Shown: positions 8,985-16,908 of the stretch, one piece after another
Layout of the letters: each line of letters starts with the position of its first letter
How positions within the stretch are numbered: position 1 is the first letter of the stretch
Source: a virus
Taxonomy: Duplodnaviria; Heunggongvirae; Uroviricota; Caudoviricetes
Direction: 5' to 3' (one strand)
IMG/VR virus record: IMGVR_UViG_2541047822_000003
DNA length: 53,032 bases
Translations under genes and position numbers: made by a program
The notes under the pieces: model-generated
Databases searched by the model: none
Seen by the model: the letters and a program-made list of their open reading frames with translations, nothing else
Told to the model about the DNA's origin: nothing

Positions 8985-10055
8985 ATGGCTAACGCCTGGC
9001 TCAGATTATGGCATGACATGCCAAATGACCCTAAGTGGCGAACAATTGCCAGGGTGTCAGGACAGCCAATTGCAACAGTGATGGCAGTGTATATCCACCT
9101 CCTGGTGAGCGCGTCACGAAATGTCACGCGAGGTCACATTGATGTCACGACAGAAGATTTGGCAAGTGCGCTCGACGTGACAGAAGAGGTAATTGATTCA
9201 ATTTTGCAGACGATGCAGGGGCGGGTACTTGATGGTGATTTAATCACTGGATGGGAAAAACGCCAGGTGCTTAAAGAGGACAACGGCAATATTTCGCAAA
9301 CCGCAAAATCTCCTGCAGAGCGCAAGAGGGCGCAGCGAGAGAGGGAAAGAAAGCGGGAACAAAATGGCGATTGTCACGGCGCGTCACGAAATGTCACGCA
9401 CATGTCACGACGAGTCACGACAGATAAAGATACAGATAAAGATACAGATCAAGAAGATCAAAACACTATGGTCCATGGCGTAAAAAACGCCACGAACCAG
9501 GCAGGGGATGTTCAGACCGTCAATCTTGGTCAGCCAGCAGGCACGACACCGGAAGCCGATTCAGCGTATGCGCTGAAAGCCGATTCGGGCGCTGTGCAGC
9601 AGGTGATGACCGCAAGGGCGGAGCAATCACACCAACTGCAGCAGCCTGAAGCCGATTCCGCCATTCAGCGGGAAGCCGATCGGGTAGTCCCGGAAAACAC
9701 CGGGCAGTCTGTGGGACGAGTGGATTATCCGGATGTGTTCGAACAGGTCTGGCGGGAGTACCCGTTGCGTGCTGGGGCAAACCCGAAGAAATCCGCTTTC
9801 AGTGCCTGGAAGGCCAGATTACGCGAGGGGGTGCCACCAGAGGCCATGCTGGATGGCGTGAGGCGTTACGCAAGATACTTGGCGGCTACCGGGAAAACGG
9901 GAACGGAATTTGTTCAGCGAGCGACGACGTTTTTTGGACCGGACCGGAATTTTGAGAACCCCTGGTTGCTCCCGGTAAGCGGCACGAACAACCAGCGTTG
10001 TGTGAATCATATTTCTGAACCGGATAACGAAATTCCGCCGGGCTTCAGGGGGTAA
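8985..10055 (+). CDS. Replication initiator, lambda O-like (replisome-organizer N-terminal domain)
   Basis: N-terminus MANAWLRLWHDMPNDPKWRTIARVSG... resembles phage replisome-organizer domains; the gene contains two iteron clusters and an acidic TDKDTDKDTDQEDQ linker. ATG 8985 preceded by AGAGG. Confidence 0.7.
   Translation: MANAWLRLWHDMPNDPKWRTIARVSGQPIATVMAVYIHLLVSASRNVTRGHIDVTTEDLASALDVTEEVIDSILQTMQGRVLDGDLITGWEKRQVLKEDNGNISQTAKSPAERKRAQRERERKREQNGDCHGASRNVTHMSRRVTTDKDTDKDTDQEDQNTMVHGVKNATNQAGDVQTVNLGQPAGTTPEADSAYALKADSGAVQQVMTARAEQSHQLQQPEADSAIQREADRVVPENTGQSVGRVDYPDVFEQVWREYPLRAGANPKKSAFSAWKARLREGVPPEAMLDGVRRYARYLAATGKTGTEFVQRATTFFGPDRNFENPWLLPVSGTNNQRCVNHISEPDNEIPPGFRG
9108..9150 (+). 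repeat. Iteron cluster 1 (4 x GTCAC[G/A] units) inside the O-like gene
   Basis: gcgcGTCACGaaatGTCACGcgagGTCACAttgatGTCACGac read directly; the first 21 bp recur exactly at 9379-9399. Confidence 0.7.
9371..9420 (+). repeat. Iteron cluster 2 (5 x GTCACG units) inside the O-like gene
   Basis: ttGTCACGgcgcGTCACGaaatGTCACGcacatGTCACGacgaGTCACGa read directly; candidate origin (ori) iterons. Confidence 0.7.
9421..9445 (+). repeat. Tandem direct repeat CAGATAAAGATA x2
   Basis: cagataaagatacagataaagatacagatc immediately after iteron cluster 2; encodes the acidic DKDTDKDTD linker. Confidence 0.6.
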
Positions 10056-10095
10056 GTGTTAATTTCTGGTCATGAGGTAATTTTCAGGAGGGCTT

Positions 10096-10518
10096 GTGGC
10101 AAAAGTTTTTACACAAGAAGAGCGGGAAAAAATTAAAGGGCAGGTTCTTGAACTCGTACGCCAGAGTGGACGCGAGACGTTACGACAACTGGAAGCTAAA
10201 ACTGGGGCAACAAGATATCTGATGAGCGTTCTGGCCAGAGAGCTGGTTGCCAGTGGCGATGTATACAATTCTGGCTACGGGTTATTCCCGTCTGAACAGG
10301 CTCGTAAAGACTGGCAAAATGCCCGCAAAAAATTATCGAGGGCAAAGCTGAAGAAACCGGTTGTGGTTGATCCGGACCTTATCTGGTCATTACCTGACGG
10401 AGAAATACGTCGCTACGACAGTCGCCTAAACATAATCTGTCGCGAGTGCCGGAAGAGCGAAGTTATGCAGCGCATATTGTCGTTTTATCAGGGGGATGTT
10501 CGGTATTTATTGAAGTGA
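10096..10518 (+). CDS. Hypothetical protein of the replication module
   Basis: 140-aa ORF with GTG start preceded by AGGAGG; downstream of the O-like gene; no recognisable motif. Confidence 0.5.
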   Translation: MAKVFTQEEREKIKGQVLELVRQSGRETLRQLEAKTGATRYLMSVLARELVASGDVYNSGYGLFPSEQARKDWQNARKKLSRAKLKKPVVVDPDLIWSLPDGEIRRYDSRLNIICRECRKSEVMQRILSFYQGDVRYLLK

Positions 10519-10574
10519 CGAGATTAAAGTGCATTAGTTCAGATGCAAATTGACATTTTGTGGCACAGGGTAGA

Positions 10575-10602
10575 GCTAGCGTGGTTGTCCGCTTTGTGCC
10601 AA
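10575..10602 (+). repeat. 28-bp palindrome-like junction element, copy A (ttgtccgcttt-GTGCCA-agagcagacgc)
   Basis: 11-6-11 architecture with GTGCCA core, shared with copies at 14258-14285 and 15424-15451; lies 250 bp upstream of the BCCT gene. Confidence 0.55.
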
Positions 10603-10852
10603 GAGCAGACGCTGGTAATTCGTGCCTAATATACTTCACTTAACTTATATCCCAGCTTTGATACAGATCATACAAATTAAATGCCCCAGTAATTGGCAGG
10701 CTGAGTAACTTAAAACTCCTTAGAATATAGGATGATTTGTATCGGCACTCATTCCACCATGCATTCCGATTAACCCCGCATAGCCAGTTGAACTTTGCTA
10801 CTCTGTGAGAGGTAGTACCTTCTATCCAGTGCGGATTTAATTAATGGAATAA

Positions 10853-12856
10853 ATGATTATGAGTGAAAATGATACAACCCCAAAGAAGTCTACAAGCCAG
10901 ATTAACAAAGCGGTATTCTTTACATCTGCTTTGCTAATTTTCCTTCTTGTCGCCTTTGCCGCCGTATTCCCGGATGTCGCCGACAAAAATTTTAAACTAC
11001 TTCAGCAACAAATCTTCACGAATGCCAGCTGGTTCTACATACTTGCTGTGGCCCTGATTTTACTGAGCGTCACGTTCCTTGGACTCTCACGTTACGGTGA
11101 TATAAAGCTGGGCCCAGACCATGCGCAGCCTGATTTCAGCTACCACTCCTGGTTCGCGATGCTTTTTTCGGCAGGGATGGGGATCGGCCTGATGTTCTTT
11201 GGCGTTGCCGAACCTGTGATGCATTATCTTTCGCCACCTGTCGGCACTCCAGAGACCGTTGCGGCAGCGAAGGAAGCCATGCGCCTGACGTTCTTCCACT
11301 GGGGTCTGCACGCATGGGCAATTTATGCCATCGTGGCGCTGATTCTGGCCTTTTTCAGTTACCGTCACGGTCTGCCTTTAACGCTGCGTTCTGCGCTCTA
11401 TCCCATTATCGGCGATCGCATTTACGGGCCTATAGGCCACGCGGTTGATATCTTCGCCGTGATAGGCACTGTCTTTGGCGTTGCAACATCGCTGGGTTAC
11501 GGTGTATTGCAGGTGAATGCCGGTTTGAACCATCTTTTCGGCGTGCCCATCAATGAAACGGTACAGGTCATTTTGATCGTGGTCATCACGGGGTTAGCGA
11601 CGATTTCGGTGGTGTCCGGCCTGGACAAGGGAATACGCATCCTGTCTGAGCTTAATCTGGGCCTGGCGGTGTTGCTCCTGGCGCTGGTCTTGTGCCTGGG
11701 TCCCACTGTGCTTCTGCTGAAGTCATTTGTGGAAAATACGGGTGGTTATCTGTCGGAACTGGTGAGTAAAACGTTCAACCTTTACGCGTATGAACCCAAG
11801 TCGAGCAACTGGCTGGGGGGCTGGACATTATTATACTGGGGATGGTGGCTTTCATGGTCGCCGTTTGTAGGTATGTTCATTGCACGCGTTTCCCGCGGCA
11901 GGACAATTCGTGAGTTCGTGACTGGCGTGTTGTTTGTTCCCGCCGGCTTTACGCTCATGTGGATGACGGTGTTTGGAAACAGCGCCATCTATCTCATCAT
12001 GAACCAGGGCGCCACTGACCTCGCCAATACCGTTCAGCAGGATGTTGCGCTTGCCCTGTTTAATTTCCTGGAGCATTTCCCGTTCTCTTCCGTGCTGTCA
12101 TTCATTGCAATGGCGATGGTCATCGTCTTCTTTGTAACGTCTGCTGATTCGGGGGCAATGGTTGTGGATACTCTGGCATCAGGTGGGGTGGCAAACACGC
12201 CCGTCTGGCAGCGAATTTTCTGGGCATCGCTCATGGGCGTTGTTGCTATTGCCCTGCTGATCGCAGGGGGGCTGAGTGCGTTGCAAACCGTAACGATAGC
12301 GAGTGCATTGCCCTTCTCAGTTATCTTATTAATATCCATATACGGACTGTTAAAAGCCCTGCGTCGGGATTTGACCAAGCGTGAAAGCCTTAGCATGGCG
12401 ACTATTGCTCCTACGGCTGCACGTAACCCAATTCCCTGGCAGAGAAGGTTACGCAATATCGCGTATTTGCCGAAGCGCTCTCTTGTGAAACGTTTTATGG
12501 ACGACATTATCCAACCCGCCATGACGCTGGTTCAGGAGGAACTTAACAAGCAGGGAACGATAAGCCACATCAGTGACGCCGCCGAGGATCGTATTCGCCT
12601 TGAAGTCGATTTGGGCAACGAGCTGAATTATATATATGAAGTGAGGCTTCGCGGGTATAACTCACCGACCTTCGCGCTCGCTGCGCTGGATAATGATGAG
12701 CAGCAGAGTGAACAACATCGATATTATCGCGCTGAAGTCTATCTCAAAGAGGGCGGCCAAAATTATGATGTAATGGGCTGGAATCAGGAACAGCTGATTA
12801 ATGACATACTGGACCAGTACGAAAAACACCTGCACTTCCTGCATCTGGTTCGTTAA
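10853..12856 (+). CDS. BCCT-family transporter, BetT-like (choline/betaine-type osmoprotectant uptake)
   Basis: 667-aa polytopic membrane protein with the BCCT signature GWTLLYWGWWLSWSPFVGMFIARVSRGRTIREF and a BetT-like C-terminus (DILDQYEKHLHFLHL). Alternative start ATG 10859. Confidence 0.8.
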   Translation: MIMSENDTTPKKSTSQINKAVFFTSALLIFLLVAFAAVFPDVADKNFKLLQQQIFTNASWFYILAVALILLSVTFLGLSRYGDIKLGPDHAQPDFSYHSWFAMLFSAGMGIGLMFFGVAEPVMHYLSPPVGTPETVAAAKEAMRLTFFHWGLHAWAIYAIVALILAFFSYRHGLPLTLRSALYPIIGDRIYGPIGHAVDIFAVIGTVFGVATSLGYGVLQVNAGLNHLFGVPINETVQVILIVVITGLATISVVSGLDKGIRILSELNLGLAVLLLALVLCLGPTVLLLKSFVENTGGYLSELVSKTFNLYAYEPKSSNWLGGWTLLYWGWWLSWSPFVGMFIARVSRGRTIREFVTGVLFVPAGFTLMWMTVFGNSAIYLIMNQGATDLANTVQQDVALALFNFLEHFPFSSVLSFIAMAMVIVFFVTSADSGAMVVDTLASGGVANTPVWQRIFWASLMGVVAIALLIAGGLSALQTVTIASALPFSVILLISIYGLLKALRRDLTKRESLSMATIAPTAARNPIPWQRRLRNIAYLPKRSLVKRFMDDIIQPAMTLVQEELNKQGTISHISDAAEDRIRLEVDLGNELNYIYEVRLRGYNSPTFALAALDNDEQQSEQHRYYRAEVYLKEGGQNYDVMGWNQEQLINDILDQYEKHLHFLHLVR

Positions 12857-12863
12857 CAGCAAC

Positions 12864-12890
12864 ATGCCGCCACAGAGGCGGCATTTATTT
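12864..12890 (+). terminator. Rho-independent terminator-like hairpin after the BCCT gene
   Basis: ATGCCGCC-acaga-GGCGGCAT followed by TTATTT, 8 nt after the BCCT stop. Confidence 0.6.
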
Positions 12891-12919
12891 ATCCCGGCTG
12901 CAATATGAGGGAATGCAGA

Positions 12920-14197
12920 ATGATTTCACGCTGGAAATGGATGCTGAAGCAGACATTTAAAAAACTATGGTTCAGGGCAACGTTATTCGCAATTGTCGCA
13001 ATAATAACGGCCCTTTTATCAATTCTTTTTAAATCAATGATACCTGAGTCGGTTTCCGTGAAGGTTGGTGCGGAAGCAGTCGATAACATTCTGAACATAC
13101 TGGCATCGAGTATGCTGGCAGTGACCACATTTTCGCTGAGCATCATGGTCACAGCCTACGGTTCAGCCACTACTAATGTGACTCCCAGAGCTACTCGTTT
13201 AGTTGTTGAAGACGTCACCACACAAAATGTACTGGCCACCTTCATCGGTTCTTTTCTCTTCAGTCTGGTAGGGATTATTGCCCTCAATATGGGAGCTTAT
13301 GGAGAAAGGGGGAGAGTCATTTTATTCATTGTAACACTGGTTGTCATTGCCTTAATCCTCATCACATTGCTTCGCTGGATACAGCATTTGACCTCTCTGG
13401 GGAGGGTTGGTGAGACAACGGCAAAAGTAGAACAGGCGGCCATCGAAACATTTATTGCGAGAGCAAGAAATCCCTGTCTCGGCGGATATCCATGGCTTGA
13501 GAACAATGAACAGCCGAAAGGAACGGTTGCAGTTTATCCGAAAAAGATTGGCTATGTTGAATATGTTGATATGGTGAAACTCAGCAAGCTGCTGACCAAT
13601 GATCCCCGTCATGTATACCTCGTGGCGCAGCCGGGCAGTTTCATACATCCGTCCACGCCAGTTTTGTACCTGAGTCAGGGCCAGGAGTCATCAATCAGCA
13701 CCGATTTACTTGAGACGATTATTGTCTCGGATGTACGTTCATTTGCTCAGGACCCCCGATTTTGTCTTAGCGTCATGGCCGAAATAGCCTGCCGAGCCCT
13801 TTCCCCCGCAGTGAACGATCCTGGAACCGCCATTGATGTCATTGGCAGAGGTGTACGTATACTTTCCGCTTACGCGCAGAATAAATCTGATGAAATAGAA
13901 GTGAAATATCCTTCTGTACATGTTGCACCACTTCAGAATAACGATCTACTTGAAGACTTTTTCTCACCTGTTGCGCGCGATGGTGCCAGTATGAGGGAAA
14001 TTCAGATAAGGGTACTTAAAGGACTGTCGATGCTGAGTAAGGGTTGGCCTGGAATTTTTGCTGAAGCCGCACAAACCCTAGCATTTGAAACATTAGAGCA
14101 TGCTACTCGTGCTGACCATATAGATTCTGATAGATATCTAATAAAATCAATTTATTATAATTTATTTAGTGGCGAAGATTCTAATAAAAAACCATAG
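12920..14197 (+). CDS. Membrane protein, DUF2254-like (4 N-terminal TM helices plus soluble C-terminal domain)
   Basis: ORF 12905-14197; start preferred at ATG 12920 (GAGGGA 7 nt upstream). Four hydrophobic helices then a soluble domain; family call is from recall, not a search. Confidence 0.65.
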   Translation: MISRWKWMLKQTFKKLWFRATLFAIVAIITALLSILFKSMIPESVSVKVGAEAVDNILNILASSMLAVTTFSLSIMVTAYGSATTNVTPRATRLVVEDVTTQNVLATFIGSFLFSLVGIIALNMGAYGERGRVILFIVTLVVIALILITLLRWIQHLTSLGRVGETTAKVEQAAIETFIARARNPCLGGYPWLENNEQPKGTVAVYPKKIGYVEYVDMVKLSKLLTNDPRHVYLVAQPGSFIHPSTPVLYLSQGQESSISTDLLETIIVSDVRSFAQDPRFCLSVMAEIACRALSPAVNDPGTAIDVIGRGVRILSAYAQNKSDEIEVKYPSVHVAPLQNNDLLEDFFSPVARDGASMREIQIRVLKGLSMLSKGWPGIFAEAAQTLAFETLEHATRADHIDSDRYLIKSIYYNLFSGEDSNKKP

Positions 14198-14257
14198 TTG
14201 CGGAGCAAGCGATACGGTTGTTGGCAAGTCAAGGGCAAAGCATTCGCGTGAGAGTGG

Positions 14258-14285
14258 GCGTCTGCTTTGTGCCATGAGCGGACAT
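14258..14285 (+). repeat. 28-bp palindrome-like junction element, copy B (gcgtctgcttt-GTGCCA-tgagcggacat)
   Basis: Same 11-6-11/GTGCCA architecture; 61 bp downstream of the DUF2254 stop. Confidence 0.55.
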
Positions 14286-14489
14286 GGGCCTCCTCAGCAG
14301 TTCTGCAGACAGCTCTCGTGTAGTAAGAAACTGGAAAGCAGGGTTTCGATATCTGGTCATGAGTCTAAGATAGTCAGGACTGCGGCAGAATCGGATGTTA
14401 CTAAGCTTGGATCAACAGTATCTTCGATGTAAGAAAATTACCTTGAAAATATTTGGGGCCAAGGTTACGCTAATAAAAAATTGTCAAGT

Positions 14490-14522
14490 AAAACGCAATT
14501 ATTATATTAATAGTTGCGTTTT
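14490..14522. terminator. AT-rich hairpin between convergent genes (AAAACGCAA-15 nt-TTGCGTTTT)
   Basis: 9-bp inverted repeat read directly between the DUF2254 gene and the 3' end of the 225-aa gene; weak stem with long loop. Confidence 0.3.
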
Positions 14523-14556
14523 AATAATATCTTGCAGATGTAATAATATTGGGTGT

Positions 14557-15234
14557 TTATGTCAAACCTGCTCTACGTCCTCTTGACATAATTTCCTTCT
14601 GATAAGGAATTGTTCCATCTTTAATAAGCCTTGAGAGCTCGTTCAATCCACCATCAATTCTCTGAGAGACGTTAAAGAGAATATTTCTATTTGCTAGCAC
14701 AGGGATTAAGTATTCATACTCCTCATAGTCATCACAAAAATCCATAGCACACATACCCCACTCAGCATTTATAAATGGATCTATAACCTCATAAATAAAT
14801 TGAGATGTCAGCATTGAGACATCTTTATTAGGAGCAGCAAAATGTTGAATAGAGTTCCTCAATTTCCCAAAATCATTGTATAACTTAAGATTATTAATCT
14901 TCTTTCCAGTTGCAGCCCAAACCTTCTCAGGCAACTCTGAATAAGTAATTGTTTGCCCTTTTTCTAATAAGCTTTCAAAATCAAGAAGCCCTGTAGTTTT
15001 ATTTACGCAATCAGCTGTTGATTTTGGTAATGACTCAAAAATTAAAAGAGGGTGTTCCTGAGCAAGACGAGCTTTGAGAAAAATCTCACAAGCATGGGCT
15101 GCCTGTAAGACGCCCAATTGTGACCACATAGAGTTACTCATATCATAAAAATGAGCAAGGTAGTTGGCATGAGCAAGTGAACCTGCTCCCAAAACAATCA
15201 TATGCTCATGAACTTTTTTTAAATTAACATCCAT
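14557..15234 (-). CDS. Hypothetical protein with a HEPN-like Rx4H motif (putative RNase / abortive-infection-type protein)
   Basis: 225-aa ORF in AT-rich DNA; GAGGAG RBS 7 nt upstream; predicted alpha-helical with motif GKLRNSIQHF (R-N-x3-H) typical of HEPN catalytic sites. Motif-level inference only. Confidence 0.6.
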   Translation of the reverse strand: MDVNLKKVHEHMIVLGAGSLAHANYLAHFYDMSNSMWSQLGVLQAAHACEIFLKARLAQEHPLLIFESLPKSTADCVNKTTGLLDFESLLEKGQTITYSELPEKVWAATGKKINNLKLYNDFGKLRNSIQHFAAPNKDVSMLTSQFIYEVIDPFINAEWGMCAMDFCDDYEEYEYLIPVLANRNILFNVSQRIDGGLNELSRLIKDGTIPYQKEIMSRGRRAGLT

Positions 15235-15360
15235 TTAACACTCCTCAAAAAACATTTGTTTACGTTATCAAAAAAAGATGGGTATTGCCCACATTTTAAG
15301 ACGATTATATTTAAATTTGTTATGTGGTGTTACTTAAGTTTCGGATGAATAATATGTCTG

Positions 15361-15395
15361 CTCTTCGCTCTTCGCTCTTCGCTCTTCGCTCTTCG
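15361..15395 (+). repeat. Tandem heptanucleotide repeat (CTCTTCG)x5 plus a degenerate sixth unit
   Basis: ctcttcgctcttcgctcttcgctcttcgctcttcgctcaccg read directly; flanked by GTCTGCT (15356-15362) and GCGGAC (15402-15407), resembling arms of the junction palindrome. Confidence 0.85.
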
Positions 15396-15423
15396 CTCAC
15401 CGCGGACCTTCAGCTTCGTTAAC

Positions 15424-15451
15424 ATGTCCGCTCCGTGCCAGGAGCGGACAT
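15424..15451 (+). repeat. Perfect 28-bp palindrome, copy H (ATGTCCGCTCC-GTGCCA-GGAGCGGACAT)
   Basis: 11-bp perfect inverted arms around a 6-bp GTGCCA core; no flanking T-tract, so not a canonical intrinsic terminator; lies between the two minus-strand cargo genes. Confidence 0.8.
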
Positions 15452-15582
15452 TAATGAGTTAAGTTCTGAAAGTAGCATTAAATACGCACATGCTTTTCCT
15501 AATAACTCGATTGTCATTTATATCGTTAAACAGTTCCGGAGACAACTCTGACTTACAGGAATATCGCTAAGCCTCTGCCTCC

Positions 15583-16464
15583 CTAAGCAATATCCTGATT
15601 GCTGAGTTGAGGCATTAATCGCTCAAATAATTCATCACTTTCATAGGGGATGTTATTAATATGCCGAGAATAAATTAACCCTCTAGGACAAAGCTTGGAC
15701 AAAGAACTTTCACATAAAACACCTATACATTTTTTGTTTTCCCCTGCCATAAAGTCTTCTAAATTCCTCAAGATAAAATTTCGTGACAACTCACGATGTT
15801 CGCTTATTGCCATTCTCGCATCTTCAGAATTAATGAGAGACAGGTTAGGAAGCAAATCAGTAACATTAACGGCCACCATGCCTAGATTTTTAAGTGATGA
15901 GCTATCCTTTATCCTGCGCACGATCTGCTGGTTTGCAACTTTTATGTTTTTAGATAGTTTTTTTAACGACTTAACTCGTTTGCATTCTACAAAAAGAATT
16001 TTGCCGTCAGAGAGTTTCACTTCGATATCACAAATGCTTTTAAGAGAAATTTTATATCCTGCACGTAGAAATCTTGCAGCCATTGACAACTCAAACAGAA
16101 AGTCCCTTGCAGGATCGTTCTCAGAAGTAGCACGAAATTCTTGACCAGTGATAACCTTCTTTATTTGATCGAGATACTCCTTGATATCAAGCCATTTAAG
16201 ATCATTGTAAACTCTTATAATTTCATTAGCTTCCACGTGAGAATTCATCATCTCCTTCATAAAGGCAACTAAATTTTCATCGGGTGTATCTTTGAAAATT
16301 TTTTCACCATTTGATAGTGCTTTCAATTTTTGAAGGTTTTTGTGGTATACCCCATATCTTGTTACTGCAAACCTAAAACCCAAACTATCGAACCAAGTAC
16401 AAACCTCTTCAAATTTAGTTAACAAACCTGAAAACTCATGCTCGTATATTTCCTTGCCTTCCAT
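15583..16464 (-). CDS. Hypothetical protein with a PD-(D/E)xK-like nuclease core motif
   Basis: ORF runs to 16542 (TTG); start preferred at ATG 16464 (MEGKEIYEHEF, AAAGAGAAG upstream). Motif pattern E(FLFELSMAARFL)...D(ICDIEVKL)-SDG-KILFVECK fits a beta-hairpin D...ExK nuclease core. AT-rich. Inference. Confidence 0.6.
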   Translation of the reverse strand: MEGKEIYEHEFSGLLTKFEEVCTWFDSLGFRFAVTRYGVYHKNLQKLKALSNGEKIFKDTPDENLVAFMKEMMNSHVEANEIIRVYNDLKWLDIKEYLDQIKKVITGQEFRATSENDPARDFLFELSMAARFLRAGYKISLKSICDIEVKLSDGKILFVECKRVKSLKKLSKNIKVANQQIVRRIKDSSSLKNLGMVAVNVTDLLPNLSLINSEDARMAISEHRELSRNFILRNLEDFMAGENKKCIGVLCESSLSKLCPRGLIYSRHINNIPYESDELFERLMPQLSNQDIA

Positions 16465-16704
16465 ATTCTTCTCTTTAAATAAACCCAGATTCGTATTAGT
16501 GCTTGTCAAATTCATAGGGGCTGTGCCCCTTAAAATCATCAAGTGGGAGCTTGACCTGTAAAGATTGTGAAGCTATTCGCATCTCGATTAAATGCTCTAT
16601 ATAGTTGACCAGACCAATTTATACCAAACGGCAGAATAAAAGAAGGAATCCTCTCTGCACTTAACTAGTCATTCCTTGACTACTGTGATTAAGATCACTT
16701 CCAA

Positions 16705-16730
16705 AGTCCGCTTATCGCTCAAAGCGGACT
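16705..16730 (+). repeat. Palindrome related to the junction element (AGTCCGCTT-atcgctca-AAGCGGACT)
   Basis: 9-bp perfect arms sharing GTCCGCT/AGCGGAC with copies A, B and H but with a different 8-bp centre; upstream of the PD-(D/E)xK-like gene. Confidence 0.5.
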
Positions 16731-16908
16731 AGAAGGTTAGCTTGCGTCGGACTTGGCGTATTTAAAGAAGTGCTGGTGGTGACTGGTTGTTGTGTTCCAT
16801 TTCTACAGAACAAAATCACAGAAACTATACCCAATAGTTATATTGAATCAATGATGAGACAGCCTCATATTTATCAGAACTGGTGTACGTCCAATACAGG
16901 AGGTTGTC

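Noticed and set aside
11087-12522. Minus-strand ORFs (61-162 aa) inside the BCCT transporter gene
   Set aside because: Antisense shadow ORFs inside a gene with strong family signature.
15361-15395. Possibility that the tandem repeats are a CRISPR array
   Set aside because: Units are 7 bp, contiguous and spacer-less; no cas genes; not CRISPR architecture.
15354-15422. 22-codon ORF spanning the heptamer repeat (MSALRSSLFALRSSL…)
   Set aside because: Its sequence is dictated by the repeat itself and it has no RBS; more likely non-coding.
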